Assembly (NCBI GenBank): GCA_022599575.1
Contig: JAHZMA010000086.1
Span: 756-64,755, forward strand
Reading direction: 5' to 3'
Source of the DNA: Alphaproteobacteria bacterium
Lineage (GTDB): Bacteria > Pseudomonadota > Alphaproteobacteria > JABAAW01 > JAHZMA01
DNA length: 64,000 nt
Positions 54,199-62,843 of the stretch are shown in pieces; within the stretch, counting starts at the first letter, position 1, and each line of letters starts with the position of its first letter. The position numbers were made by a program, and so were the translations under genes. Under the pieces are notes generated by a model. That model was not told the origin of the DNA and did no database searches. It saw nothing but the letters and a program-made list of their open reading frames with translations.

Positions 54199-54474
54199 AT
54201 GACATATATTATTAAAATCACTGCTGATGTTATTGACCCTAGCGATCCAGAATATATCGCTACCAATAAGGCTATCTTTGACATGTCGCTTGCCTATGGT
54301 TGTAAACGCTCGATGGAATATGACGGCAATGTAGAAGTAGGAATATTCGAATTTGCCACGTTAGAAGATGTGAAAGCATTTCGTGATAACCCGATTCATG
54401 CCAAAGCCATGCGGAATGTTAAAAAAATCTATAAAAGCATGAAAGTTGAACGCAACTGGCGCGAAAATGATTGA
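54199..54474 (+). CDS. Small protein, possible dimeric alpha/beta-barrel (DUF1330/ABM-like)
   Basis: 91 aa; EF.TLE..KAF..NP.H.KA motif. Confidence 0.55.
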   Translation: MTYIIKITADVIDPSDPEYIATNKAIFDMSLAYGCKRSMEYDGNVEVGIFEFATLEDVKAFRDNPIHAKAMRNVKKIYKSMKVERNWREND

Positions 54475-54534
54475 GTGATAAAATTATTTACAAGCATCAC
54501 CATTTCATGGCATAAAAATAGAATATATTTGTGA

Positions 54535-54846
54535 ATGATGGATAGTGACGTGGAACGCCCCAACTCTTATAAAAACTTATATGGTTTTAAGGAAATATTG
54601 TTTGAGTATAATCCGCAAGGGCAGTATTTGGGCGTATGCGCGATTGACCCTGAAACCCGTATGGAAGCGACCATTATCGCCCCACAAACCATTGAGCTTC
54701 ATTTTGCAAAACGAATGGCAGCGCGCAAATTGCGAATGGTTGTGGATAAAAAATTAGGCAAAAAGCCAAAACCCACAAAAAAAAATAACAACACTGAAAC
54801 CAACCATTATGGCAAGCGCGAAGATACCAGCGGTTGGAATCTGTAG
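54535..54846 (+). CDS. Conserved hypothetical protein (possibly DUF6898-like)
   Basis: EILFE....G.Y..V.AIDPET..E..I.AP, A.RKL pattern. Confidence 0.6.
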   Translation: MMDSDVERPNSYKNLYGFKEILFEYNPQGQYLGVCAIDPETRMEATIIAPQTIELHFAKRMAARKLRMVVDKKLGKKPKPTKKNNNTETNHYGKREDTSGWNL

Positions 54847-54900
54847 CAATATAAGTAACATATAATATCATTATAGTTTTTTAACACACTGATAAATATA

Positions 54901-55788
54901 TTAAAAACCATCTAATTTTATATTTGCCTTGCCCGCATAATCCCTGAAAAACTGCCATGCGGTGCGTCCCGAAAGATTACCGCGTGTGCGCGACCATTCA
55001 ACAGCGTGGCTTTGCCATTGTTTTTTACTCTGTTTAATCGCAAAATGCTTAAAATAGCCATCGATAATCGCAAAATAGCATTGCTGGTCAATCGGATGAA
55101 AGCCAATCCACAATCCGAATCTATCGGAAAGCGAAATCCGCTCATCACGCGAATCTTTGGCATCGGTTTGATAATCGCTTTCTTCGTCACGTGGCAATAA
55201 ATGGCGACGGTTTGAGGTGGCGTAAAATAAAATTTTACCTTCTAATGTCTCGATACCACCATCAAGCAGGGATTTTAACGCCTTATAGGCAGAATCATGT
55301 AGGTCAAACGATAAATCATCGCAAAATAGCATGATAGGACGCTTAACATCGCGTAATGCGCGGGTGAGGGCGGGTAAATGCTGCACATCTTCGGCGTAAA
55401 TCTCAATCATTAAAGGTAAGGGCATTTGCATCGCAACAGAATCGGTAAGTAATTTTTGAAAACTTGCTTTTACCAGTGAACTTTTTCCCGTGCCACGCGC
55501 GCCCCATAACAAAGCATGATTGGCAGGTAGCCCAGCGAAAAAACGTTGCATATTATCAAAAATCGTCAGTTTTTGCCTGTCAACCCCTTGTATTAGCTGA
55601 AAAGGCATAGCCTGTAGGCGGGCAGGTTGCAATAAAGCCAAGCCCGTATCATAGATAAGCGCGACATTATCAGGATTGTTGATTGCGCTCATATCAATAA
55701 TGGCTTGTTGTTTCAGCAATAACGCTTGCAAAAGCTTCTCAATACGCGCAAAATAAGCGTCATTTTTCTGTTCCAGATTCTGTGTCAT
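54901..55788 (-). CDS. DUF815 family AAA+ ATP-binding protein
   Basis: GLPANHALLWGARGTGKSSLVKA, FCDDLSF, YATSNRRHLLP, SLSDRFGLWIGF, SGRTAWQF. Confidence 0.92.
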   Translation of the reverse strand: MTQNLEQKNDAYFARIEKLLQALLLKQQAIIDMSAINNPDNVALIYDTGLALLQPARLQAMPFQLIQGVDRQKLTIFDNMQRFFAGLPANHALLWGARGTGKSSLVKASFQKLLTDSVAMQMPLPLMIEIYAEDVQHLPALTRALRDVKRPIMLFCDDLSFDLHDSAYKALKSLLDGGIETLEGKILFYATSNRRHLLPRDEESDYQTDAKDSRDERISLSDRFGLWIGFHPIDQQCYFAIIDGYFKHFAIKQSKKQWQSHAVEWSRTRGNLSGRTAWQFFRDYAGKANIKLDGF

Positions 55789-55908
55789 GGGGCTAATGTA
55801 AAATATTGAGCGTAAAAAGCAAGGTAAAAAGTAAGTTTGCTCTTGTCAAAGCGGTTATTTTATTCTAGTTTCTTTCAGATTATTAATATCATTATTTTAG
55901 GAGTAACC

Positions 55909-56373
55909 ATGTTTATTAGTGATGCATTTGCACAAGGTAGCGCAGGCGGGGGGAGTGCCCTCACCTCATTTTTGCCAATTATTCTTATTTTTGCGATTTT
56001 TTACTTTTTAATTATCGCACCACAACGGAAAAAGCAAAAAGCGCATGAGGCTAAACTCAACGCATTAGTACGTGGCACTCAAATTGTTACGGGTGGCGGG
56101 CTATATGGCACGGTGCAACGGGTAACAGATCAACGTGTTGAGGTAACGCTTGATGGCGATGGCGCCACAGTGGTTGTTAATCGCGCCACGATTGCGGGTG
56201 TAATAACAGCTGATGCAAATGTAGCAACCAGTAACGACAAGCCTAGCAAGGCGAATAAAGGTAAAGATAAAGCGGATAAAGCAAGCAAGGCAAAATCGGC
56301 TAAAGCATCATCTAAAGTGCCTACTAAAAAAGTGACGGCTAAAAAATCACCTGCCAAAAAAGCAAGCAAGTAA
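55909..56373 (+). CDS. yajC: Preprotein translocase subunit YajC
   Basis: MFIS.AFAQ, P.ILIF.IFYFLII.PQ.KKQK.H, G..IVT.GG.YG; AGGAG precedes ATG at 55909. Confidence 0.94.
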   Translation: MFISDAFAQGSAGGGSALTSFLPIILIFAIFYFLIIAPQRKKQKAHEAKLNALVRGTQIVTGGGLYGTVQRVTDQRVEVTLDGDGATVVVNRATIAGVITADANVATSNDKPSKANKGKDKADKASKAKSAKASSKVPTKKVTAKKSPAKKASK

Positions 56374-56393
56374 ATTGAGGTTCAACAGCTAAA

Positions 56394-57977
56394 ATGGTTT
56401 TGCGCTACCCTTTATGGAAAAAAATATTGCTATGGGCAATTTGCCTGATGGCGGTTATTTTTGCTTTGCCGAATCTTATCAATAAAGATAAGTTTCCATT
56501 CCCGATTGTGTTTGATTATGTATCAACCGTCAATTTAGGGCTTGATTTACGTGGGGGCGCGCATTTGTTACTACAAGTTAATGCCGCTGAGGTGATTCAG
56601 GAACAGCTTGAAACGCTTGCTGACAGCGCAAGACAAATTCTGAAACGCGAACAGATTGTTGCCTCGCGACCTACCATTCAGAATAAACGTTTATTGGTGG
56701 TGCAACTGGCAGACCCGCGCCAAGTGGATAAATTTATCGCCGCCATTAATCGTGAAAATGAAGAAATTTCAACAGTCTATATTGATGGTGGTGAAATTGG
56801 TTTCGCCCTACAAGAAACGCTTATTCGCAATTTACAAATTGATACGGTTGATCAATCAATTGAAATTATCCGCAGAAGGATTGATGAGACGGGGACCAGA
56901 GAGCCATTGATTCAAAGGCAAGGTTCTAGCCGAATCGTGGTGCAAGTGCCGGGATTGCGTGACCCTGAAAGCCTGAAAAGCCTGATAGGGCAGACCGCAA
57001 AACTCACTTTTCATTTGGTAAGTCAACAGGTGGCGGCCAGTTCTAATGATATTCCCGCAGGTTATATTCGGGTGGCATCGCGTGACCGCACACCAAATGG
57101 CGAACCACTGGAATATTACATCATAACCCAACGCGCTTTGGTTTCAGGCGAAAATTTGCGTGATGCTGGTGTTACTTTCGACCAAAATAATCAGCCCGCA
57201 GTGGATTTTACATTTGATTCGGCAGGGGCGTTTAAGTTTGGTGCGGTAACTAGTGGCAATATTGGCAGGCAGCTTGCGATTTTACTGGATAATGAGGTGG
57301 TGAGTGCGCCAGTAATTCAATCGGCAATTATTGGCGGTAATGGTATCATCACAGGCAATTTCACGGTGGCAGAAGCCACAGAATTAGGAATTTTATTACG
57401 TGCAGGTGCATTGCCCGCGGCATTAGATGTGGTAGAAGAACGTTCGGTTGGTCCTGGATTAGGCAGTGATTCTATCGAAGCGGGCAAAAAAGCCTTTATC
57501 ATTGCGCTGATTGGCGTAGCATTGTTTATTCTATTTATCTATGGGCAGTTTGGCTTTTTTGCGAATATTGCTTTATTGGTCAATATCATGCTAATTGTCT
57601 CAGTATTATCAATCTTACAGGCAACGCTTACATTACCGGGTATTGCGGGCATTGTGCTTACCATTGGCATGGCGGTAGATGCCAATGTTTTGATATTTGA
57701 ACGAATCAGAGAAGAATATCGCAATGGGCGAACACCAATAGAATCGATTGATTCTGGCTATCGGCAGGCTTTTGTAACAATTTTAGACGCGAATATCACC
57801 ACTTTGATAGCTGCTTTTTTATTATTTATTTTAGGGGCAGGGCCGATTAAAGGTTTTGCGGTTACATTATCAATCGGCGTGTTTACTTCTATGTTCTGTG
57901 CGATTGTATTGTCACGTTATTTTGTTATTAGTTGGGCAATTCGCAATAAAGACCGCGATTATTTGCCGCTGACATGA
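56394..57977 (+). CDS. secD: Protein translocase subunit SecD
   Basis: NLGLDLRGG, RRRIDE.G..EP.IQ, LRAGALPA, VGP.LG.DSI, LTLPGIAG, GMAVDANVLIFERIREE. Confidence 0.97.
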   Translation: MVLRYPLWKKILLWAICLMAVIFALPNLINKDKFPFPIVFDYVSTVNLGLDLRGGAHLLLQVNAAEVIQEQLETLADSARQILKREQIVASRPTIQNKRLLVVQLADPRQVDKFIAAINRENEEISTVYIDGGEIGFALQETLIRNLQIDTVDQSIEIIRRRIDETGTREPLIQRQGSSRIVVQVPGLRDPESLKSLIGQTAKLTFHLVSQQVAASSNDIPAGYIRVASRDRTPNGEPLEYYIITQRALVSGENLRDAGVTFDQNNQPAVDFTFDSAGAFKFGAVTSGNIGRQLAILLDNEVVSAPVIQSAIIGGNGIITGNFTVAEATELGILLRAGALPAALDVVEERSVGPGLGSDSIEAGKKAFIIALIGVALFILFIYGQFGFFANIALLVNIMLIVSVLSILQATLTLPGIAGIVLTIGMAVDANVLIFERIREEYRNGRTPIESIDSGYRQAFVTILDANITTLIAAFLLFILGAGPIKGFAVTLSIGVFTSMFCAIVLSRYFVISWAIRNKDRDYLPLT

Positions 57978-57993
57978 TGAGGGTGATTTTAAG

Positions 57994-58893
57994 ATGTTAA
58001 TGAAATTTTTTGGTAGTGCACGCATTGATTTTATGCGACATAAGACGATGCTATTCGGTGCATCAATTGCATTTGTGGTGATATCGCTGGTGATGTTTAT
58101 CGCGCAAGGGCTAAATCTGGGCATCGATTTTAAGGGCGGGGTGTTGATTGAAACGCAAATGACCGAAGATGTTCGCATCAGCGATATTCGCGGTAAATTA
58201 TCCGATTTAGATATTGGCAATATCAATATTCAAGAATTTGGACGTTCAGACATATTTTTGCTACGTTTGCAAAGTCCTGAAGGTGGCGCCAAAGAGCAAC
58301 AAGAGATGATTACAAGGATTAAGAATATTTTAGGCGATGATGTGGTAGAATATCGGCGCACAGAATCGGTAGGCCCTACATTTTCTACTGAATTACGCAA
58401 TAGTGCTTTATTGGCGGTAGGGCTGACATTATTAGGCATTTTCATCTATATCTGGTTTCGGTTTGAATGGCAATTTGGCTTAGGTGCGGTGTTGGCATTG
58501 ATGCATGATATTATCTTCACCATCGGCTTATTTAGCTTTTTTCAGCTTGAAGTGAGTGTGGCAACAGTAGCAGCGGTGCTGACCATTGCTGGCTATTCCA
58601 TCAATGATACGGTGGTAATCTATGATAGGGTGCGTGAAAACTTACGAAAATATAAAAATTTACCGCTTGATGAGGTATATAATTTATCGCTGAATCAAAC
58701 GCTATCGCGCACATTAATGACCAGCCTAACCACTTTATTAGCACTATTGGCGCTATTTATATTTGGTGGAACTGTGGTTCGCGAGTTTATTTTGCCGCTA
58801 ATCTGGGGCATTTTAATTGGCACATATTCTTCAACAGGCTTTGCTGTGCCATTTGTGCATTATTTTCCACCTCATAGCGGTGATACTGAATAG
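57994..58893 (+). CDS. secF: Protein translocase subunit SecF
   Basis: GLNLGIDFKGG, VGP, RFEW, HD, GYSINDTVV.YDRVREN, TLSRT, GTYSS. Confidence 0.97.
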   Translation: MLMKFFGSARIDFMRHKTMLFGASIAFVVISLVMFIAQGLNLGIDFKGGVLIETQMTEDVRISDIRGKLSDLDIGNINIQEFGRSDIFLLRLQSPEGGAKEQQEMITRIKNILGDDVVEYRRTESVGPTFSTELRNSALLAVGLTLLGIFIYIWFRFEWQFGLGAVLALMHDIIFTIGLFSFFQLEVSVATVAAVLTIAGYSINDTVVIYDRVRENLRKYKNLPLDEVYNLSLNQTLSRTLMTSLTTLLALLALFIFGGTVVREFILPLIWGILIGTYSSTGFAVPFVHYFPPHSGDTE

Positions 58894-59046
58894 ACCATTC
58901 CTTAATAATTTAATAGCCAACGCTAACTCATCGCTATTATCGCTGTACTATCAGTAAAACTATTCACCAATGCATAGCTAATTTCCTTTTTAGAGTTTTT
59001 TAGAACAAGTCATTACGCTTGCATAATGAATGTGCCAATTGTTACG

Positions 59047-59116
59047 ATAAAGCAATAAATTGCTCAATGTTTCACTTCCGTGCATTATTTTGTTGCAATA
59101 AAGCAATAAAATTGCT
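59047..59116. repeat. Pair of 18/19-bp direct repeats, each internally palindromic
   Basis: ATAAAGCAATAAATTGCT (59047-59064) and ATAAAGCAATAAAATTGCT (59098-59116). Confidence 0.7.
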
Positions 59117-59849
59117 GGAATATCGACTTCATAATAGAAAATATAAAAAAAACAATATGTTACCCGAATAAACAAGATATGTGGTAATTCATAACTACAT
59201 ATGCTGATATTTTTACATTATCCGCCATGTTAATTTAATAATTTATCCGAATGCGACAAACTGAGTTACGTAAAAATATCGCTATCATCGGTATAAAACG
59301 GCTTCAATTCGGCAAAAATACATTGCTTAACTTCACATTAGCTTGATAAGTAATTGTATTATAACATTATTACTTTGAATAAACTGGTTTAAGCAGATTA
59401 ACAAATATTAAATTCAGTTTAAGTTGGCAATATCATCCAAGATTGCGAAACTTGCCTGTCAGGCTATTATTAGGCTGGCATCAGTACGTATATGTGATGT
59501 TGCATTTGAAAATAAGATTGATTATTCAGCAGTTTGCTACATAAACATTGCATGAAAACAGGATAATATAACCAATGAGATAGGGCGCGGGGCGTAAAAA
59601 AATAATGCATTATTGCGACAAAAACAGCAGTTCTTATGCTAAAAACATAAATATCATTATTGCAAAATTCACATGCCGCTTTTAATAGTTTGGATTAAAA
59701 TTCTTAAAGTAAGAAACAAAATACTTAACATAAGAATCAACTTTTATTTATGATGTTAAACTATTGATTTTATTAACTTAATTTATACATTTCTACGCAC
59801 CAACCCCTTGAATTTACCCGATACATGTGTGGTTTGCATCTTGGTTTGT

Positions 59850-59877
59850 ATTTTCCATAATATAAATTATGCGAATA
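59850..59877 (-). other. dif site (XerC/XerD chromosome dimer resolution site)
   Basis: Minus strand TATTCGCATAA-TTTATA-TTATGGAAAAT: 11-6-11 layout, CATAA/TTATG inner palindrome, CGCATAA XerC arm; intergenic; gene orientation flips here. Confidence 0.88.
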
Positions 59878-59998
59878 AATTTGCACATTAACTTCTGCAA
59901 CCCTCTGCATTAACTTTGTAGATTGTTGCTGATGCAAGCTGTTCAAAAACATACGCGAAAGACGCGCAAATGATAAAAATTCAAAACCATTACAGTCG

Positions 59999-60129
59999 TA
60001 ATTTGACTAAATATAGGCAATTAGTGTGGTATCGGATGCGAAATGAGATATAGGTATTTTCCCTATTTTATGGACTAATAGCGGTTATTCACTAGTTTAT
60101 GGGTAAATACACTAAATATAGTCAAATTA
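59999..60129. repeat. 131-bp segment bounded by 18-bp imperfect inverted repeats
   Basis: TAATTTGACTAAATATAG (59999-60016) versus reverse complement of 60112-60129, TAATTTGACTATATTTAG: 16/18 match. Confidence 0.55.
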
Positions 60130-60413
60130 GGCGAATATATATCTATATCTATGCGCTATTTTATGCCGTGCCTGCCATATTAACTCACCAGTGGCACGCC
60201 GCCACTAGATATAGTGAAACATGGCCATCGGCAAAATTATCATTAAATAACTCTATATAATACCTATATGTCAGTCTATTTTACGTTTTATCACTGGTTA
60301 AAGCTGTCAAAAAATGGCTGATTTTGTGCAAAAAAATAGCGAAATTTGCCAAGTTTCATCAAAATTTACGTAAAATTCTCTATATTTATTTCTTTTTATT
60401 CTGCCATCACAGA

Positions 60414-60980
60414 TTATTGCCGATAAAGCGGATGTAAGCGATGAAGCGCAGCAGAGATTGATTGTAAATCACCCTTGTGTGCCTGCTTAAATGTCTCGTA
60501 AAATGCCATCAATGATGCTTGCTCAGCCTGTTGTTGCGCTTCTATAATGCCACTTATTGTGCCGATAACATGGATTTGATAGCCATCGCCATAGATAAAA
60601 TCAAAAATAATTTTCGCCCTTGCAGTGTGATAATCACTGGTTATCACCGCAATAGCCCGATTTTGGGACTGCATTTTATCATAAATTTGGCGCGAAAAAA
60701 ACGCATCGCCCACCGTATCACGCGATTCTTCATTGGCAATAACCGCATTATCCGTATCATCATCGGAGAGATTGTGGGTAGAAATGAGGTAATTTTTCAT
60801 GCCTTGCGCGAGCGAGATACTGGTATCATCGCGATAAGCCCAGCCCATCACCATAATTCGCGTTGTTAGCCCATTGTAATAGAGGTGCGCCGCTTTATCT
60901 AACCGTGCCTTTGTTTGGGCATCAGGCATGCCCTGCACGTCTATTTCATGCCCTAGCACGATAGCAATATCATATAGCAT
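60414..60980 (-). CDS. YdcF/DUF218 family protein
   Basis: IVLG, RL.KA..LY, A..MK.YL, E.SRDT.G.A, ITSDYH..RA..IF. Confidence 0.82.
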   Translation of the reverse strand: MLYDIAIVLGHEIDVQGMPDAQTKARLDKAAHLYYNGLTTRIMVMGWAYRDDTSISLAQGMKNYLISTHNLSDDDTDNAVIANEESRDTVGDAFFSRQIYDKMQSQNRAIAVITSDYHTARAKIIFDFIYGDGYQIHVIGTISGIIEAQQQAEQASLMAFYETFKQAHKGDLQSISAALHRLHPLYRQ

Positions 60981-61043
60981 CAGTAAACCGCCCCCTCACT
61001 TGCGTGAGAGTAACGAATATTGCATAAATTTGAAACTAAAAAA

Positions 61044-61532
61044 TTAACGTTTAGAGAATTGGAAGCTACGGCGCGCTTTACGCAGACCGTATTTCTTACG
61101 CTCTACCACCCTTGAATCACGGGTCAACATGCCATTTGCTTTTAACACGCCACGCAATGCTGGTTCGTAAGCAAGCAAAGCTTTGGAAATGCCATGTTTC
61201 ACTGCCCCTGCTTGTCCCGAAAGTCCGCTTCCTTCTACGGTGCACATCACATCAAAAGAATTATCGCGCTTGGTAACTGCAAATGGTTGCCTGATAATCA
61301 TCTGTTGCGTCGGACGTGCGAAATATTTAGCACTCTCACGGCCATTAACGGTAATAACACCCTTGCCCGGTTTAATCCATACCCGCGCAATCGCTGTTTT
61401 ACGTTTGCCAGTGGCGTAGGCTCTGCCCAACTTATCTAATTTTTGCACATATTCGCGCCCTTGTTCAGAGGCATCTATGGTTTTAATTGCTTCTGTGTTT
61501 TCAATCACTTCTGTAGGAATATCAATCATCAC
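61044..61532 (-). CDS. rpsI: 30S ribosomal protein S9
   Basis: [50 protein letters not shown]. Confidence 0.98.
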   Translation of the reverse strand: MMIDIPTEVIENTEAIKTIDASEQGREYVQKLDKLGRAYATGKRKTAIARVWIKPGKGVITVNGRESAKYFARPTQQMIIRQPFAVTKRDNSFDVMCTVEGSGLSGQAGAVKHGISKALLAYEPALRGVLKANGMLTRDSRVVERKKYGLRKARRSFQFSKR

Positions 61533-61991
61533 TTACCTTTTATTCTTTGGATTTTGTGCGGCTAAATCAAGTAGCGCGGGATTTTGTGCTGTATGCGGAT
61601 GTTCAGTGCCAGTATAAACGCGCAAACGCTTAAATTGTTCGCGCCCTAATACGCCACGCGGTAACATGCGCTCAACAGCTTTTTCTAATACACGTTCAGG
61701 ATATTTACCAGTCAAAATATCTTTTGCGCTTTGTTCTTTGATACCACCAGGATGACCCGTATGGCGATGATAAAGTTGCGCGCGATATTTATCGCCAGTG
61801 AATTCGATTTTATCGGCATTGATAACCACAATAAAATCGCCACAATTCATGTGCGGCGTATAGGTTACCTTATGTTTGCCACGCAAAATAGGCACAATAG
61901 CGGCGGCTAAACGCCCAACCACCATATCAGTTGCATCAATTAAATGCCATTTCGCATCAATATCTGCGGCTTTTAATGAAAAACTACCCAC
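61533..61991 (-). CDS. rplM: 50S ribosomal protein L13 (GTG start)
   Basis: W.LIDA...[40 protein letters not shown]. Confidence 0.98.
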   Translation of the reverse strand: MGSFSLKAADIDAKWHLIDATDMVVGRLAAAIVPILRGKHKVTYTPHMNCGDFIVVINADKIEFTGDKYRAQLYHRHTGHPGGIKEQSAKDILTGKYPERVLEKAVERMLPRGVLGREQFKRLRVYTGTEHPHTAQNPALLDLAAQNPKNKR

Positions 61992-62114
61992 AATATTACT
62001 TTCTTTAAATGATAAAACACTTCTCCCCTTAAGGCAGAAGCTCAGATTTCAATTACTGGCTTATAGCGTTTTTTGGTGGTTTTGTCAATCATATCTATTG
62101 ATAAAATTCACTAT

Positions 62115-62843
62115 CTAAAGATTATGCAACATCAACCCATTATTTTTTAGCCATTGTTGCTCTTTTTTACGTGTTGGGCTAATCTCATCTACAATTTTCC
62201 AAAATGCGGCTGAGTGATTCATTTCCACCAAATGCGCTGCTTCATGCGCGCAAACATAGTCGCTAACACTATCTGGCGCCATAATCAACCGCCAATTAAT
62301 GCTAATCTGGGCTTTATGATTGCACCGCCCCCATTGGCTTTGGGTATCGCTTAAAGTGATTTTACTCACCTTTTTATCCAGTAAATCAGCATAATAGCTC
62401 ACTTTAGGCGGTAAAATTTGCTTGGCCTGTTGTTTGAAAAAGCGACGCAAATGGTCGGTTAAAATGGCACTATCAGCTGAAATAACAATATTGCCCTGCT
62501 CTATTCTCACTTGTGAATATTTTTCTGCCGCAAGCAGTTTAATTTGATAGTGCTGACCGCGAAAAAGCACCGTTCCGCCATCTTTAATGATGAGAGGCGC
62601 GGGTAAATGTTTCATCACCCAATTAGTTTGCTGTTGCAAAAATTGATGCACATAATAATCGGGGCATGGTAACGGTTTGGTAACGCACACATGCATAAAA
62701 GGTTTGCTGGCAATTTTCAGCGATAATCGGCGCGCCCTTTTGCTGTGATTAATGCAAATATCAGCCACGCGCCCATCGGGCAGAGGCAATGTGAAATGGT
62801 CGTCACGCCGCTTAAAGAACAGATTCATCATGCTTCTCGTCAA
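62115..62843 (-). CDS. YgjP-like (DUF45) zinc metallopeptidase family protein
   Basis: RARRL.L, WG.C, NWRL..AP....YV..HE.AHL..MNHS..FW. Confidence 0.88.
   Translation of the reverse strand: MTRSMMNLFFKRRDDHFTLPLPDGRVADICINHSKRARRLSLKIASKPFMHVCVTKPLPCPDYYVHQFLQQQTNWVMKHLPAPLIIKDGGTVLFRGQHYQIKLLAAEKYSQVRIEQGNIVISADSAILTDHLRRFFKQQAKQILPPKVSYYADLLDKKVSKITLSDTQSQWGRCNHKAQISINWRLIMAPDSVSDYVCAHEAAHLVEMNHSAAFWKIVDEISPTRKKEQQWLKNNGLMLHNL

Noticed and set aside
58990-59175. 61-aa minus-strand ORF in the terminus gap
   Set aside because: Low-complexity translation of AT-rich DNA with a non-ATG start and no motif
60190-60206. AGTGGC-ACGCC-GCCACT hairpin
   Set aside because: Only a 6-bp stem with no U-tract; too weak to call a terminator or RNA element
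58894-60413. AT-rich gap as replication origin
   Set aside because: No cluster of DnaA boxes seen, flanking genes converge on it, and it contains a dif site
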